NCBI GenBank assembly: GCA_028867755.1
Contig: JAGWFT010000001.1
Location: 196,727-260,726, forward strand
DNA from: Nitrososphaerota archaeon
GTDB taxonomy: Archaea; Thermoproteota; Nitrososphaeria; Nitrososphaerales; Nitrosopumilaceae
Length of the DNA stretch: 64,000 nt
Direction: 5' to 3'
Part shown: one piece after another, positions 1 to 8,741 of the stretch
How positions within the stretch are numbered: position 1 is the first letter of the stretch
How the letters are laid out: each line of letters opens with the position of its first letter
Position numbers and translations under genes: made by a program
Notes under the pieces: model-generated
What the model was told of the DNA's origin: nothing
Database searches by the model: none
What the model saw: the letters and a program-made list of their open reading frames with translations, nothing else

Positions 1-68
1 CTTGTAGGATCTTCACCTATCTCGGCAATTAATTCTCGAATTAATTTTTTTACTCTTTCTTTGTTCAT
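1..68 (-). CDS. folE: GTP cyclohydrolase I, 5' fragment (runs off window)
   Basis: Manual translation MNKERVKKLIRELIAEIGEDPT matches the FolE N-terminus; ATG overlaps the queE stop (TAATG). Confidence 0.8.
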   Translation of the reverse strand, partial: MNKERVKKLIRELIAEIGEDPT

Positions 69-781
69 TATGGTGCTCCAATAAATTTATGCAACTGAGG
101 TACAATCCGTACTTCTTCGTAATAAGTATAAACTGCATCATAAAATTCAAGAAGTTGTCTCAAATCTGGCTCTGCCATACCATACGTAGGCTGTATTATA
201 AATCCTGCAACCTTGGATTTTGATGTTATGCTAAAAATACTATCTAGGAGCTGTTTGAATTGTTCAATCTTAGTTCTAGAGCTTACAACTATTTTGATAT
301 AAGTTACTTTACCAGAATTGGCGGCAAGATTCAAACATTGTAATTCATTTTCCAAAAGTTTAGAATAATGATCTTCATCTACAAATTCAGAATCAATAGT
401 CTTGAACTCGATTTTGATATAATCAAAATGCGGTAAAACTTGTGCAAATTTAGTAGAATCAAAACAAGACGATTCCAAGTAGGTTGGAATATTCTTTTGT
501 TGTACAAACTTTGCCAATTCATATAACGCTTCAGATTGGACAAGCGGATCTCCACCAGTAAAATTTACTTTGTATGTATTTTTTGCCAAGCTATTTTCAA
601 TTAGATTCTTTGCTTCATCTATTGAGTATTCTTTTCCTGATGTCATAGGTAATGCTTCTTTTGTATCGCAATAGAAACATTTGAAAGGACATCCAGCTAG
701 CCTAACAAAAAGCGTCTTAGTACCATAGAGAATCCCTTCTCCTTCTACTGATGTAAATATTTCATATAGTCTTACCTTCAA
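68..781 (-). CDS. queE: 7-carboxy-7-deazaguanine synthase (radical SAM)
   Basis: EIFTSVEGEG, FVRLAGCPFKCFYCDT (CxxxCxxC), FTGGDP; next to folE (archaeosine/preQ0 pathway). Confidence 0.9.
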   Translation of the reverse strand: MKVRLYEIFTSVEGEGILYGTKTLFVRLAGCPFKCFYCDTKEALPMTSGKEYSIDEAKNLIENSLAKNTYKVNFTGGDPLVQSEALYELAKFVQQKNIPTYLESSCFDSTKFAQVLPHFDYIKIEFKTIDSEFVDEDHYSKLLENELQCLNLAANSGKVTYIKIVVSSRTKIEQFKQLLDSIFSITSKSKVAGFIIQPTYGMAEPDLRQLLEFYDAVYTYYEEVRIVPQLHKFIGAP

Positions 782-879
782 GCATTCAATCTCTGTTTAT
801 TCAATATTTATTTAATTGGATCCCATGATGAACAATTTTTACTAAAATGATTTATCTGATTAACGATAAGAATCACACG

Positions 880-3243
880 ATGAGAAAAGTAATTCTTCTG
901 CTTGTATTTGCAGTTTCAACAATTTTTGTTACTTATCAACAGGCAAATGCCATAACCATAACTGCAACTCCCCAGACTCTTAATTTTGGACCAAATGACT
1001 GGATATCTGTAAGTCTTAAAATTCAAGGATATACTGGTGGTGTAATATCGTGGGTAGCACATAGACCAGATAATTCCACAATATCAGGCAACCTTACTCA
1101 AGTTAAAGGAGATGGATCTACTACACATCAAATAATAAGAAATGCATTTGATAATTATTTTGGCAATTGGTCAATTGATTACACATACAACGGTGTAAAA
1201 CAAATAGTTAATTTCAAAGTAACTCCAATTGTGTTAACTATCTTTACTGACAAGTATCTCTATTATGAGCCTGATATCATGAAAATCAATATCACTACTT
1301 CATATTATGTACCTGTTGCAGCTCATGCAGAATTTATTCATCTAAATTTTTATGATCAAAAAGGAAAACTTCTAAATGATATAATACCTATTGACATTAG
1401 AGCTTTTCAGCCCAATGTAATTTACAATTTTGCCATGGGGGGACTGGCACACTATCATCCACCAGGACTATACAAACTAAAGGTGCAATACTATAACACA
1501 GTAGTTGAAATACCATTTCTTTTAGGTGAATATTCAACACTTATGCAGGTGTCATCACAGACAGACAAAAATACTTACCAAGTTGGCGATGCAGTTAACA
1601 TGGAATTATTAATCACAAGAGTCACACAATCTAATGGTACACTGAAAATAACTGATCCTTTGGGAGATGTTACCGTTCATCAATTTCATGTAAATTCTGT
1701 ACACACTTCTTTAATCTTAGACGATATGACAAAGCATATTGGTACGTATAGTTATGTGGTTCAATATGCAGGCATCAGTAATTCAGGTTCGTTCAATGTT
1801 ATTGCAAATCCGACACCACTACCAAATATAGAACTTGATGTATCTCCGGACAAACTAAACTACAGGCCAGGAGAGATCATTCATGTAAAAATTCACATTT
1901 CACAGATAATTACAAATTCAACAAGCCTTTGGGTTGTTGATCCAAATGGGGTAGAATATCCAAGATTGTCTTTACCAATAACAACAACTGATACAATTCT
2001 ACCACACAAGATAAGTAAAAATTACATGACTGGACAGTGGACGCTCTACATAGATTATGATAGAATAATCAGGGATGTTCCATTCTATGTTAAAGGATCT
2101 CCAGTTAATGATAATGATATACTTAATATCAATCAGTTTAGTGTGCCTACTTTTGTTTCAAATTTTGGTGCAACGTCTTTTAATGCTCCAACTGGAATAG
2201 CTATAGACTCAGATAATGATGTTTATGTTGTAGATTCTGGTAATTCTCAAGTAAAAAAATTTGATTCTGAAGGAAAGTTATTGTTATCTTGGGGAACTGT
2301 CGGTTCGGAAAATGGTCAATTTATTCATCCAAACGGTATCTTTGTTGGAAAGAAGTATGTCTATGTAGCTGATACTGGAAATGCCAGAATTCAAATGTTC
2401 GACAAAGAAGGCAATTTCATTTATGGATGGGGAAGCTATGGTGATGCACATGGCATGTTACATACTCCAGTAGGATTGGCTACAGATAGTAGTGGAGATC
2501 TGTTTGTTGCAGATTCTGGAAGAAACACTATTCAGATATTTAATACACAGGATGTATATGCCAATGAGATAAAGTCGTTACTAACAGAAGGGGCAAATTT
2601 CACATCGCTTAATGGGATAGCCTTCGATTCAAATGATTATTTTTATGTATCTTCTTCTGATAACAAAATACTAAAGTTCTCAGACATTGGAGATTTCATA
2701 AACTTTTTTGGTTCCAATGGAACTGAAAATAGTAGATTTATCAATCCAACTGCGATAGCTATAGATTCTAAAGATAACTTTTACGTTGCTGATACTAACA
2801 ACCACAGAATTCAGAAATTTGATCCTTATGGAAATTTTATTCTAAGTTGGGGTTCTGAAGGAACCTCTACTGGTCAATTTGAGGAACCAGTAGGTCTTGC
2901 AACCGATTCTTTAGGAAATATCTACATAGTAGACAAGAAAAATGACAATATACAAAAATTTTCCTTATATGGAATAAGTAGTAAGACTGTACCAAATTGG
3001 GTTAGAGAGAGGGCATTATGGTGGTCTGAAGGTGCACTAGGTAAAGACGATTTTGCATTGGTTGTAAAGTTCATGATAAATCAAGGCTTGATAGATGCTA
3101 CTGCCATGAATGAAACATCATCAATACATGTTCCACAATGGGTGAAAAAAGAAGCTAATTGGTGGGCACTTGGTCAGATTGATGATGAATCTTTTGCCAA
3201 TAGCCTTCAATATCTTATTTCTATTGGAATCCTGAAAGTTTAG
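880..3243 (+). CDS. Secreted protein: MG2/Ig-like repeats, NHL beta-propeller, C-terminal thaumarchaeal PxWV..WW repeat
   Basis: Signal peptide MRKVILLLVFAV (ATG 880); TDKxxYxxGD/E motifs; six NHL-type repeats (FNAPTGIAIDS..VYVVDSGN); two VPxWV..A.WW units. Confidence 0.8.
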   Translation: MRKVILLLVFAVSTIFVTYQQANAITITATPQTLNFGPNDWISVSLKIQGYTGGVISWVAHRPDNSTISGNLTQVKGDGSTTHQIIRNAFDNYFGNWSIDYTYNGVKQIVNFKVTPIVLTIFTDKYLYYEPDIMKINITTSYYVPVAAHAEFIHLNFYDQKGKLLNDIIPIDIRAFQPNVIYNFAMGGLAHYHPPGLYKLKVQYYNTVVEIPFLLGEYSTLMQVSSQTDKNTYQVGDAVNMELLITRVTQSNGTLKITDPLGDVTVHQFHVNSVHTSLILDDMTKHIGTYSYVVQYAGISNSGSFNVIANPTPLPNIELDVSPDKLNYRPGEIIHVKIHISQIITNSTSLWVVDPNGVEYPRLSLPITTTDTILPHKISKNYMTGQWTLYIDYDRIIRDVPFYVKGSPVNDNDILNINQFSVPTFVSNFGATSFNAPTGIAIDSDNDVYVVDSGNSQVKKFDSEGKLLLSWGTVGSENGQFIHPNGIFVGKKYVYVADTGNARIQMFDKEGNFIYGWGSYGDAHGMLHTPVGLATDSSGDLFVADSGRNTIQIFNTQDVYANEIKSLLTEGANFTSLNGIAFDSNDYFYVSSSDNKILKFSDIGDFINFFGSNGTENSRFINPTAIAIDSKDNFYVADTNNHRIQKFDPYGNFILSWGSEGTSTGQFEEPVGLATDSLGNIYIVDKKNDNIQKFSLYGISSKTVPNWVRERALWWSEGALGKDDFALVVKFMINQGLIDATAMNETSSIHVPQWVKKEANWWALGQIDDESFANSLQYLISIGILKV

Positions 3244-3437
3244 GAAATAATTCGTGGCATCTTTCTGGCAAATAATCCTGCAATAAATATTAAAACTCCA
3301 AGAATTCCTATAAGGCTTCCAATAAACTGGACAGTATCACCTAGATCTGGTTGAGTGGGAGCATATAGTACAGCCAGTACCGCACCTATTACAATCATTG
3401 GAATACCAATACCTATTGAGATTTGTTTTGAAACCAT
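3240..3437 (-). CDS. Small two-TM membrane protein
   Basis: 65-aa ORF with two hydrophobic helices. Confidence 0.6.
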   Translation of the reverse strand: MVSKQISIGIGIPMIVIGAVLAVLYAPTQPDLGDTVQFIGSLIGILGVLIFIAGLFARKMPRIIS

Positions 3438-3537
3438 CTGTTATATCATCCCAGTAAAAATCTATATGAATTTTATGAAATCCTTGCTCATCTAGAGGAT
3501 GTAATTAGTCATCATCCCAATTGCAAATGATGTTCTG

Positions 3538-4716
3538 CTAGTTTTGGTGTTGGTGTCCTTTTTCAGGTTTTGTACGTTCATCATGACTTTTTCCATGATC
3601 ATTATGTCCTGTATTTTGTTCTAATGCTGTAGTATTTGCATGTGGAGTAAGAGGTGGAGGTGTTGGCTGGATAAATGGAATGGTGTTGGATGCAGTTGAG
3701 TTGGTAGTTGGTGGTGTAGTTGGTGGTGTAGTAGGTGGTGTAGTAGGTGGTGTAGTAGGTGGTGTAGTAGGTGGTGTAGTAGGTGGTGTAGTAGGTGGTG
3801 TAGTAGGTGATGGAGATACAACAGTGGAGTTGGTAGATGGAGATACCGTAGATTTCTCAGCTAACTGTGCTTTTTGATATGCTTGAATTTTCTTTATCAG
3901 ATTTATTGCCTGATCAATCTTACCTTCTGATGCTAATTGCTTGAGCTCCGTAACCATATCTTTAGGATTGCTTGCTACAGTAACATTAGAATTATTTGCA
4001 ATAGGTGAGATGGTAGACGAATTGATAGGCATAGTATTTTGAGTCACATTAAGTTTGACAGTATTATTGGATTGGCTTTCATTGTTGAGTTGTGCAATTT
4101 GTTTTTCAGTAAAATCTTTTGCTCTCTCAGAAATTCTTTCTTTTGCAATATTGGTAAGAGAATTATGTGTCTCAGCAACAAAGTCATTAGCACTCTGTAT
4201 TTGTTTTGAGGCATCATCAAGATTTCCAGAATTAAGATCTTGGTTTGTATTCTGGATCATTTCATCAAAGCTTGTAAAATTAATATTTGCGTTGTTTTGT
4301 AATGCAATGGATTTTAGAAGACTAATCATGTTTTCTAGCTTAACTATTTCTCCTCGTAGTTGCATTGTCTCCGTTTTTTGTTGATCATTTGGTGCTGTTG
4401 CATTAAGCGAGTTTATCTTATCATTTGTCTGCTTGAAGAACTTCATGGCAGCAAGGAAGTGTTGTTTAGCCGAATTAACATCCTGTTCAGATACTGCTTG
4501 GGCTAGCTGGTCGGTTTCATTGGAACCTTGATTATAGAGCTGGCTAATCTCATCAGGTACATTGCTGATTTGCGATATTGTTATGCTGAGGTTGTCTCTG
4601 GCTTGAGTAGCAATATTGAGTAAAGTATCTAATTGCGGATCAGCAAAGGACTGACTTGGGATACCAAATATCATGGTTCCAACCAGTATCAAAAGAAATG
4701 ATGATAGTGTCTTCAT
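3538..4716 (-). CDS. Secreted helical protein with PTTP repeat tract
   Basis: Signal peptide, helical body, PTTP repeats, His-rich tail; start overlaps stop of upstream gene. Confidence 0.75.
   Translation of the reverse strand: MKTLSSFLLILVGTMIFGIPSQSFADPQLDTLLNIATQARDNLSITISQISNVPDEISQLYNQGSNETDQLAQAVSEQDVNSAKQHFLAAMKFFKQTNDKINSLNATAPNDQQKTETMQLRGEIVKLENMISLLKSIALQNNANINFTSFDEMIQNTNQDLNSGNLDDASKQIQSANDFVAETHNSLTNIAKERISERAKDFTEKQIAQLNNESQSNNTVKLNVTQNTMPINSSTISPIANNSNVTVASNPKDMVTELKQLASEGKIDQAINLIKKIQAYQKAQLAEKSTVSPSTNSTVVSPSPTTPPTTPPTTPPTTPPTTPPTTPPTTPPTTPPTTNSTASNTIPFIQPTPPPLTPHANTTALEQNTGHNDHGKSHDERTKPEKGHQHQN
3710..3805. repeat. 12-bp tandem repeat x8 (ggtggtgtagta)
   Basis: Directly visible; encodes PTTP on the minus strand. 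Confidence 0.95.
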
Positions 4717-5939
4717 TCCTGACCCTCCTCAACTTTTTGCAATTTTATGAGATTTTGCTGGTCTACTTTTTCTATTTCAACAATTCCTTCTCGTTCTAAT
4801 CGCTTTACTGCTCTCCATGTTGTAGTACGTGGTAGAAGGAATTTCTTACGAAGTTCACTTTCAAAAACTCTTCCGCCCTTTTCAGAGATAAATATTACAA
4901 TGTCTTTGTCTTCCTGGCGTAGTTCTGGTTTGAGTCTAAATATTGTTTCTTTATCTGGAGGCACATAGTTACCCTGTGGAACCTGCGGTACAGATATCTC
5001 CTTTGTTGTTCTAGATCTTTTCAATATAATAAACATGGCAGTTATTGCTGCTGCAGAACCACCTGCAGCTAAAATTGGAATAGTATAATTATTATTTCCA
5101 GCTGTAATTATATCAGTATTATTGCTAGCTCCAGTTTGTTTTGTAGAAAGAGCTGTTTGTTGTTCCTGAATAGCTAAGTTCTTGGCATCATTAGCCAATG
5201 CTTCTGCATCAGAATATCTGCCTTCATTAAAAGCTGTATTTGCTTCATCAAGTTTTTCAGAAGCAAGAGGAGTCGTTATGCCTTCAGAGTTTACTGTACT
5301 TGTGAAATCTTTAGCATGTTGAATTGCTAAAGTTGCAGTCTGGCTTGTGCCTAATACACCAAATATGTAACTAATATCTACAGAACCACTTGGGAATGAA
5401 ATAAGTGATTGACCATTCACAACCTGCAAGTCTGATGGAGTTGTACTCATACCTACAATTACAGTATTTGCAGGCAAGAGTACAGAATAATCAACAAGGG
5501 AATTTACATGAAATGCCCAAGTCTTTCCACTTTTGGATACAAGATCAGGAGTGTCATAGTCAACTTTGATTGTAGAAGCCCCGAGAGTTTCGACATCCAC
5601 ATTATTTGTGTTCATTTTGCTTGAAAGTAATGTTCCATTCTGATCTTGTACAACAAAATTATCGGTAGTGTTACCATACAAGCCAAGCGTGAAATCAGGA
5701 GACTGTGAATCAACATCGGTTTGATAGAAGACATGTGTAGTACCATCAGTGTAAATAGTAAACTCAAGAACCTTAGACGAGCTTAATGCATATTGAATAC
5801 AGGAAGAAAAGGCAAGTAAGAAAAAACAGACAACAAATACTGGTGCCTTTAGCATAGATGTCAGAATATAGGTAATCCTTACAAAAAGCATTGCTTCTGC
5901 TTGCGCTTCTATTGGGATCGCCAGAGTTTTCTGGTACAT
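4713..5939 (-). CDS. Membrane-anchored regulator: extracellular domain, TM helix, C-terminal winged HTH (COG2512-like)
   Basis: N-terminal hydrophobic segment, TM PILAAGGSAAAITAMFIIL, C-terminal EDKDIVIFISEKGGRVFESELRKKFLLPRTTTWRAVKRLEREGIVEI. Confidence 0.8.
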   Translation of the reverse strand: MYQKTLAIPIEAQAEAMLFVRITYILTSMLKAPVFVVCFFLLAFSSCIQYALSSSKVLEFTIYTDGTTHVFYQTDVDSQSPDFTLGLYGNTTDNFVVQDQNGTLLSSKMNTNNVDVETLGASTIKVDYDTPDLVSKSGKTWAFHVNSLVDYSVLLPANTVIVGMSTTPSDLQVVNGQSLISFPSGSVDISYIFGVLGTSQTATLAIQHAKDFTSTVNSEGITTPLASEKLDEANTAFNEGRYSDAEALANDAKNLAIQEQQTALSTKQTGASNNTDIITAGNNNYTIPILAAGGSAAAITAMFIILKRSRTTKEISVPQVPQGNYVPPDKETIFRLKPELRQEDKDIVIFISEKGGRVFESELRKKFLLPRTTTWRAVKRLEREGIVEIEKVDQQNLIKLQKVEEGQE

Positions 5940-5942
5940 TCT

Positions 5943-6230
5943 TTAGTACCTTAGGTTAAGTCCTTGGACAACACCCTGAAATCTCTGAAATTCCTGAAAG
6001 AACCTGATCCCTTTCTCTGTAATCCTAAATAGTCGATTTCTGTCAGCCTTCATAGATTCTACCAGGCCTGCATCTATCAGCTTCTGGCATTTCTCCAAGA
6101 CTGCATAATGAGAGAGGTTTGCTCTTCTGGAAATAGCAGAGACTATTACTCCCTGCATCCCACCATCCATGGTGACACCCAAGATATCAGCAATGATGCC
6201 CATTTCGGATCTGTATTGTTGTTTTGACAT
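5943..6230 (-). CDS. Winged-helix DNA-binding protein
   Basis: YRSEMGIIADIL..SAISRRANLSH..CQKLIDAGLVE..FRITEKG. Confidence 0.85.
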   Translation of the reverse strand: MSKQQYRSEMGIIADILGVTMDGGMQGVIVSAISRRANLSHYAVLEKCQKLIDAGLVESMKADRNRLFRITEKGIRFFQEFQRFQGVVQGLNLRY

Positions 6231-6412
6231 GGCATCTTATGGAGTGGATGTTTTATCAGGGACAGCATGAAACATCATAGCGGAACGCCTAGCGGAACAG
6301 GTATTTCATACCTTGAAATGGTCTAAAATGAGATATTTACGAAGCGGGAGAGAATATTGTCTTGACAATTATTTGAACAGATTTTATAGGGCACTATGAC
6401 AGGTCTAATAAC

Positions 6413-6421
6413 AAGGAGGTG
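6413..6421 (+). promoter_or_regulatory. Strong Shine-Dalgarno (AAGGAGGTG) for the TRAM gene
   Basis: 5 nt upstream of GTG at 6427. Confidence 0.75.
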
Positions 6422-6426
6422 CAACG

Positions 6427-6759
6427 GTGAGCTTTAACGACTCTGGTTTTGGTGAAAGTCCAAGACAAGGATACAGTGGAAATAGAGGTTATGGTGGCGG
6501 AGGTCGAAGATTCGGCGGCGGTGGACGACGCTTTGATGATAATAGACCAAAGCCAGTAGAAACTGGTAAAGAGTACGATGTATCCGTAACAGAAATCAGT
6601 AGGAAAGGGGACGGTATTGCAAGAGTAGAAGGTTTTGTCATATTCGTCAAAGGTGGACAAGTAGGCCAGAACGCAAAAGTAAAGATTACGCAAGTTGGCG
6701 GACGCTTTGCTACTGCTGATGTAGTAGGCGAAGGAACCCCACAACCAGCAACAGAATAA
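6427..6759 (+). CDS. Single-TRAM-domain RNA-binding protein with Gly/Arg-rich N-terminus
   Basis: PKPVETGKEYDVSVTEISRKGDGIARVEGFVIFV; GGGGRRF repeats. Confidence 0.9.
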   Translation: MSFNDSGFGESPRQGYSGNRGYGGGGRRFGGGGRRFDDNRPKPVETGKEYDVSVTEISRKGDGIARVEGFVIFVKGGQVGQNAKVKITQVGGRFATADVVGEGTPQPATE

Positions 6760-6791
6760 AACTGGTTGCCTAAAAGGCGTTTTCTGATTTC

Positions 6792-7172
6792 TTACAAATT
6801 ACTCGTTTTCTTTTTTATCTTCTCTATAATTTCCAGCTTTCTTGTTATATCCATATTTGGCTCCATGGTAACATAGACTGTTTTGTGTTTTGGATAAACA
6901 ACAATTTGTGTAACCTTTTGTCGTTCTATATGCACATAATTGACTGGACCTAGACTCTTATCAAACTGCTTTCGGATTTTTCTTCTTATGGCTACCTGTT
7001 TACAAAAGTGCTCTTCCTCTTTTTGTGATTTAAGAGATGTTTTACCTTCTTTCATTATGGCTTCAGATATGTTACCTTTGAGATCTATAATAGCAGCAAA
7101 TCTCATCATTGGATCTAGTTCTAATATATCTTCCACAATTGGAATGAATTCTATCTTACGATTACTCTTCAA
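6792..7172 (-). CDS. Thaumarchaeal hypothetical protein (DUF6659/roadblock-like)
   Basis: ILELDPMMRFAAIIDLKG..FDKSLGPVNY pattern recalled from an expanded AOA family. Confidence 0.6.
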   Translation of the reverse strand: MKSNRKIEFIPIVEDILELDPMMRFAAIIDLKGNISEAIMKEGKTSLKSQKEEEHFCKQVAIRRKIRKQFDKSLGPVNYVHIERQKVTQIVVYPKHKTVYVTMEPNMDITRKLEIIEKIKKKTSNL

Positions 7173-7327
7173 TTAATGAAAAGCAAACCTTGATTCTAAA
7201 TATATCTTGGTTTCAAGTAACTTTGATCGCTAAATATACCTAAAGGGAGTGTTCTGATAGAAAACACGGACACTTCTTTCATCTATTAACTTTTTATATA
7301 TTACACATTACAGTAGTCATAAGCAAT

Positions 7328-7915
7328 ATGTTTGAAAAGTTCAGAAAGAAAAAGGACGAATTTAAGCCGGATTCCACTGAAAAGGAGGAAGAAAGTGTTA
7401 CATCTGAAACCATACAATATCAGCCTCAAGAGATCAGACCGGAGGAAACTGATGTTATTGAGCAATCTAGAACCAAACCTACTGAACAAGTAAAAATATC
7501 AGAACCTATGCAACAAAGAGCAATGAGTGCATCTGGAGAAGATATAGGAATAAGAGCCCTAATGGACAAACGAACTAAGCTTGAGGAAGCAATTGATTAT
7601 GTAGGATTAATGATTAAGAATTTGAAAGATAAGAGAACGAATCTGGAAAAGAGCATAGAAGACGAATCTGTGGACATTAAGAATCTTAAGGAGAAACTGA
7701 TTAAGGTTGGTCAGTATCTTGAAGAGGAAAAACAGGGAATAAAGACATTACAACAAAAGAGAGGCGAGGTTGAAAGAGAAGCAGATGATGTAGCTGCAAT
7801 TATCAACAACCTGCGTGAAAAATTATTGAATATAGATAGGATAGTAAATGAAGAAGGCAGTAAGATAGAGAAATTTAAAGATACTAGACCCAAGTCTGAA
7901 TCTTCGTTCGGCTAG
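7328..7915 (+). CDS. Coiled-coil protein with acidic disordered N-terminus
   Basis: Heptad pattern over about 110 aa; no recognisable catalytic motif. Confidence 0.75.
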   Translation: MFEKFRKKKDEFKPDSTEKEEESVTSETIQYQPQEIRPEETDVIEQSRTKPTEQVKISEPMQQRAMSASGEDIGIRALMDKRTKLEEAIDYVGLMIKNLKDKRTNLEKSIEDESVDIKNLKEKLIKVGQYLEEEKQGIKTLQQKRGEVEREADDVAAIINNLREKLLNIDRIVNEEGSKIEKFKDTRPKSESSFG

Positions 7916-8289
7916 AAAGTAAAGCCTTCTTTTAGAATACTGTTAAGATTTTCCTTTATTTCCTCTTCGGATGACAGTGAGTCAAGATCTCTAATTAATA
8001 CCTCAGTTGCAAGACATTGATTCTTTGAGAATTGATAATAACAATCTAGTTTTTCTTGATAGGTTTTTGCATTGTAATAAATGCTCCAAAAGTTTTCTGT
8101 AGAGTGCTGTACGTAAAGTAAAAATTTTCTAATGGTCGTCTCAATTTTAGAGGAAGGATTGTCTTTCATTAGTCCAATTAGAATCTGCTCTAACTTACTG
8201 TCCAAGTTTGATTCATAAATCAATTGGTAAATGCCCCCGTCTTTTGTCACGCTTGCTTTATGTGGCTGTATCATAAAAGCTTTCATCAA
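7912..8289 (-). CDS. Hypothetical protein
   Basis: 125-aa ORF with protein-like composition, convergent overlap with the coiled-coil gene. Confidence 0.65.
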   Translation of the reverse strand: MMKAFMIQPHKASVTKDGGIYQLIYESNLDSKLEQILIGLMKDNPSSKIETTIRKFLLYVQHSTENFWSIYYNAKTYQEKLDCYYQFSKNQCLATEVLIRDLDSLSSEEEIKENLNSILKEGFTF

Positions 8290-8402
8290 TAATTTTCAAA
8301 AAATCATTCATTTACACATAATATATTTAGCTATCTTAAAAAAATTAAAATTTCAAATATGAAATTAGTCATAATGCTTAAATAATTTTCATGCGTATTA
8401 AT

Positions 8403-8596
8403 GGTCCCTGTCAGAGGACAACTCCTAAGACAGGAATCATGCAGCAAACATGCGTGATACGGTCAAGGGTAAATCCTGCCGTAGAAGATCCAGCGGAGAA
8501 ATCTCAAGGAAGTGGTGACAATGGTCATCATGTCTTGGAATGCATGTATTCCCCCGCATGACGTGTGTGAACCACACGTCTGCATGATAGAATTTT
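8403..8596 (+). ncRNA. Candidate structured non-coding RNA (~190 nt)
   Basis: Several helices with G-U pairs on the + strand, TATA-like CTTAAATA at 8377-8384, T-tract at 8592-8596 (see findings). Confidence 0.5.
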
Positions 8597-8671
8597 TCCA
8601 ATTACAATAAACTAAGCTATGTAAATTATTCAAATAGATTGTACAATAATAGCAGTTTAGTGATTGTCTGA

Positions 8672-8717
8672 AAGAATGTAGCCTCAGCGATCAGAGAAAT
8701 TGATGCGGTACATTCTT
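8672..8717. terminator. Hairpin downstream of cdvB
   Basis: aagaatgta 8672-8680 / tacattctt 8709-8717 perfect 9-bp arms between cdvB and the ncRNA candidate. Confidence 0.35.
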
Positions 8718-8741
8718 CCTAGTCAGATTATCCAGGACAGT

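Noticed and set aside
3621-3877. ORFs with HHLL and GGVV repeats
   Set aside because: Alternative-frame and antisense readings of the 12-bp PTTP repeat
8391-8561. 56-aa + strand ORF (MRINGPCQR...) and 40-aa minus ORF over the structured island
   Set aside because: No recognisable motif; the dense base-pairing and TATA position fit an RNA better, though coding is not fully excluded
8403-8596. RNase P RNA, SRP RNA or C/D sRNA identity
   Set aside because: No GAGGAAAGUCC/P4 motif and no SRP helix-8 motif; the minus-strand AUGAUGA and CUGA are too far apart and on the strand disfavoured by G-U pairs
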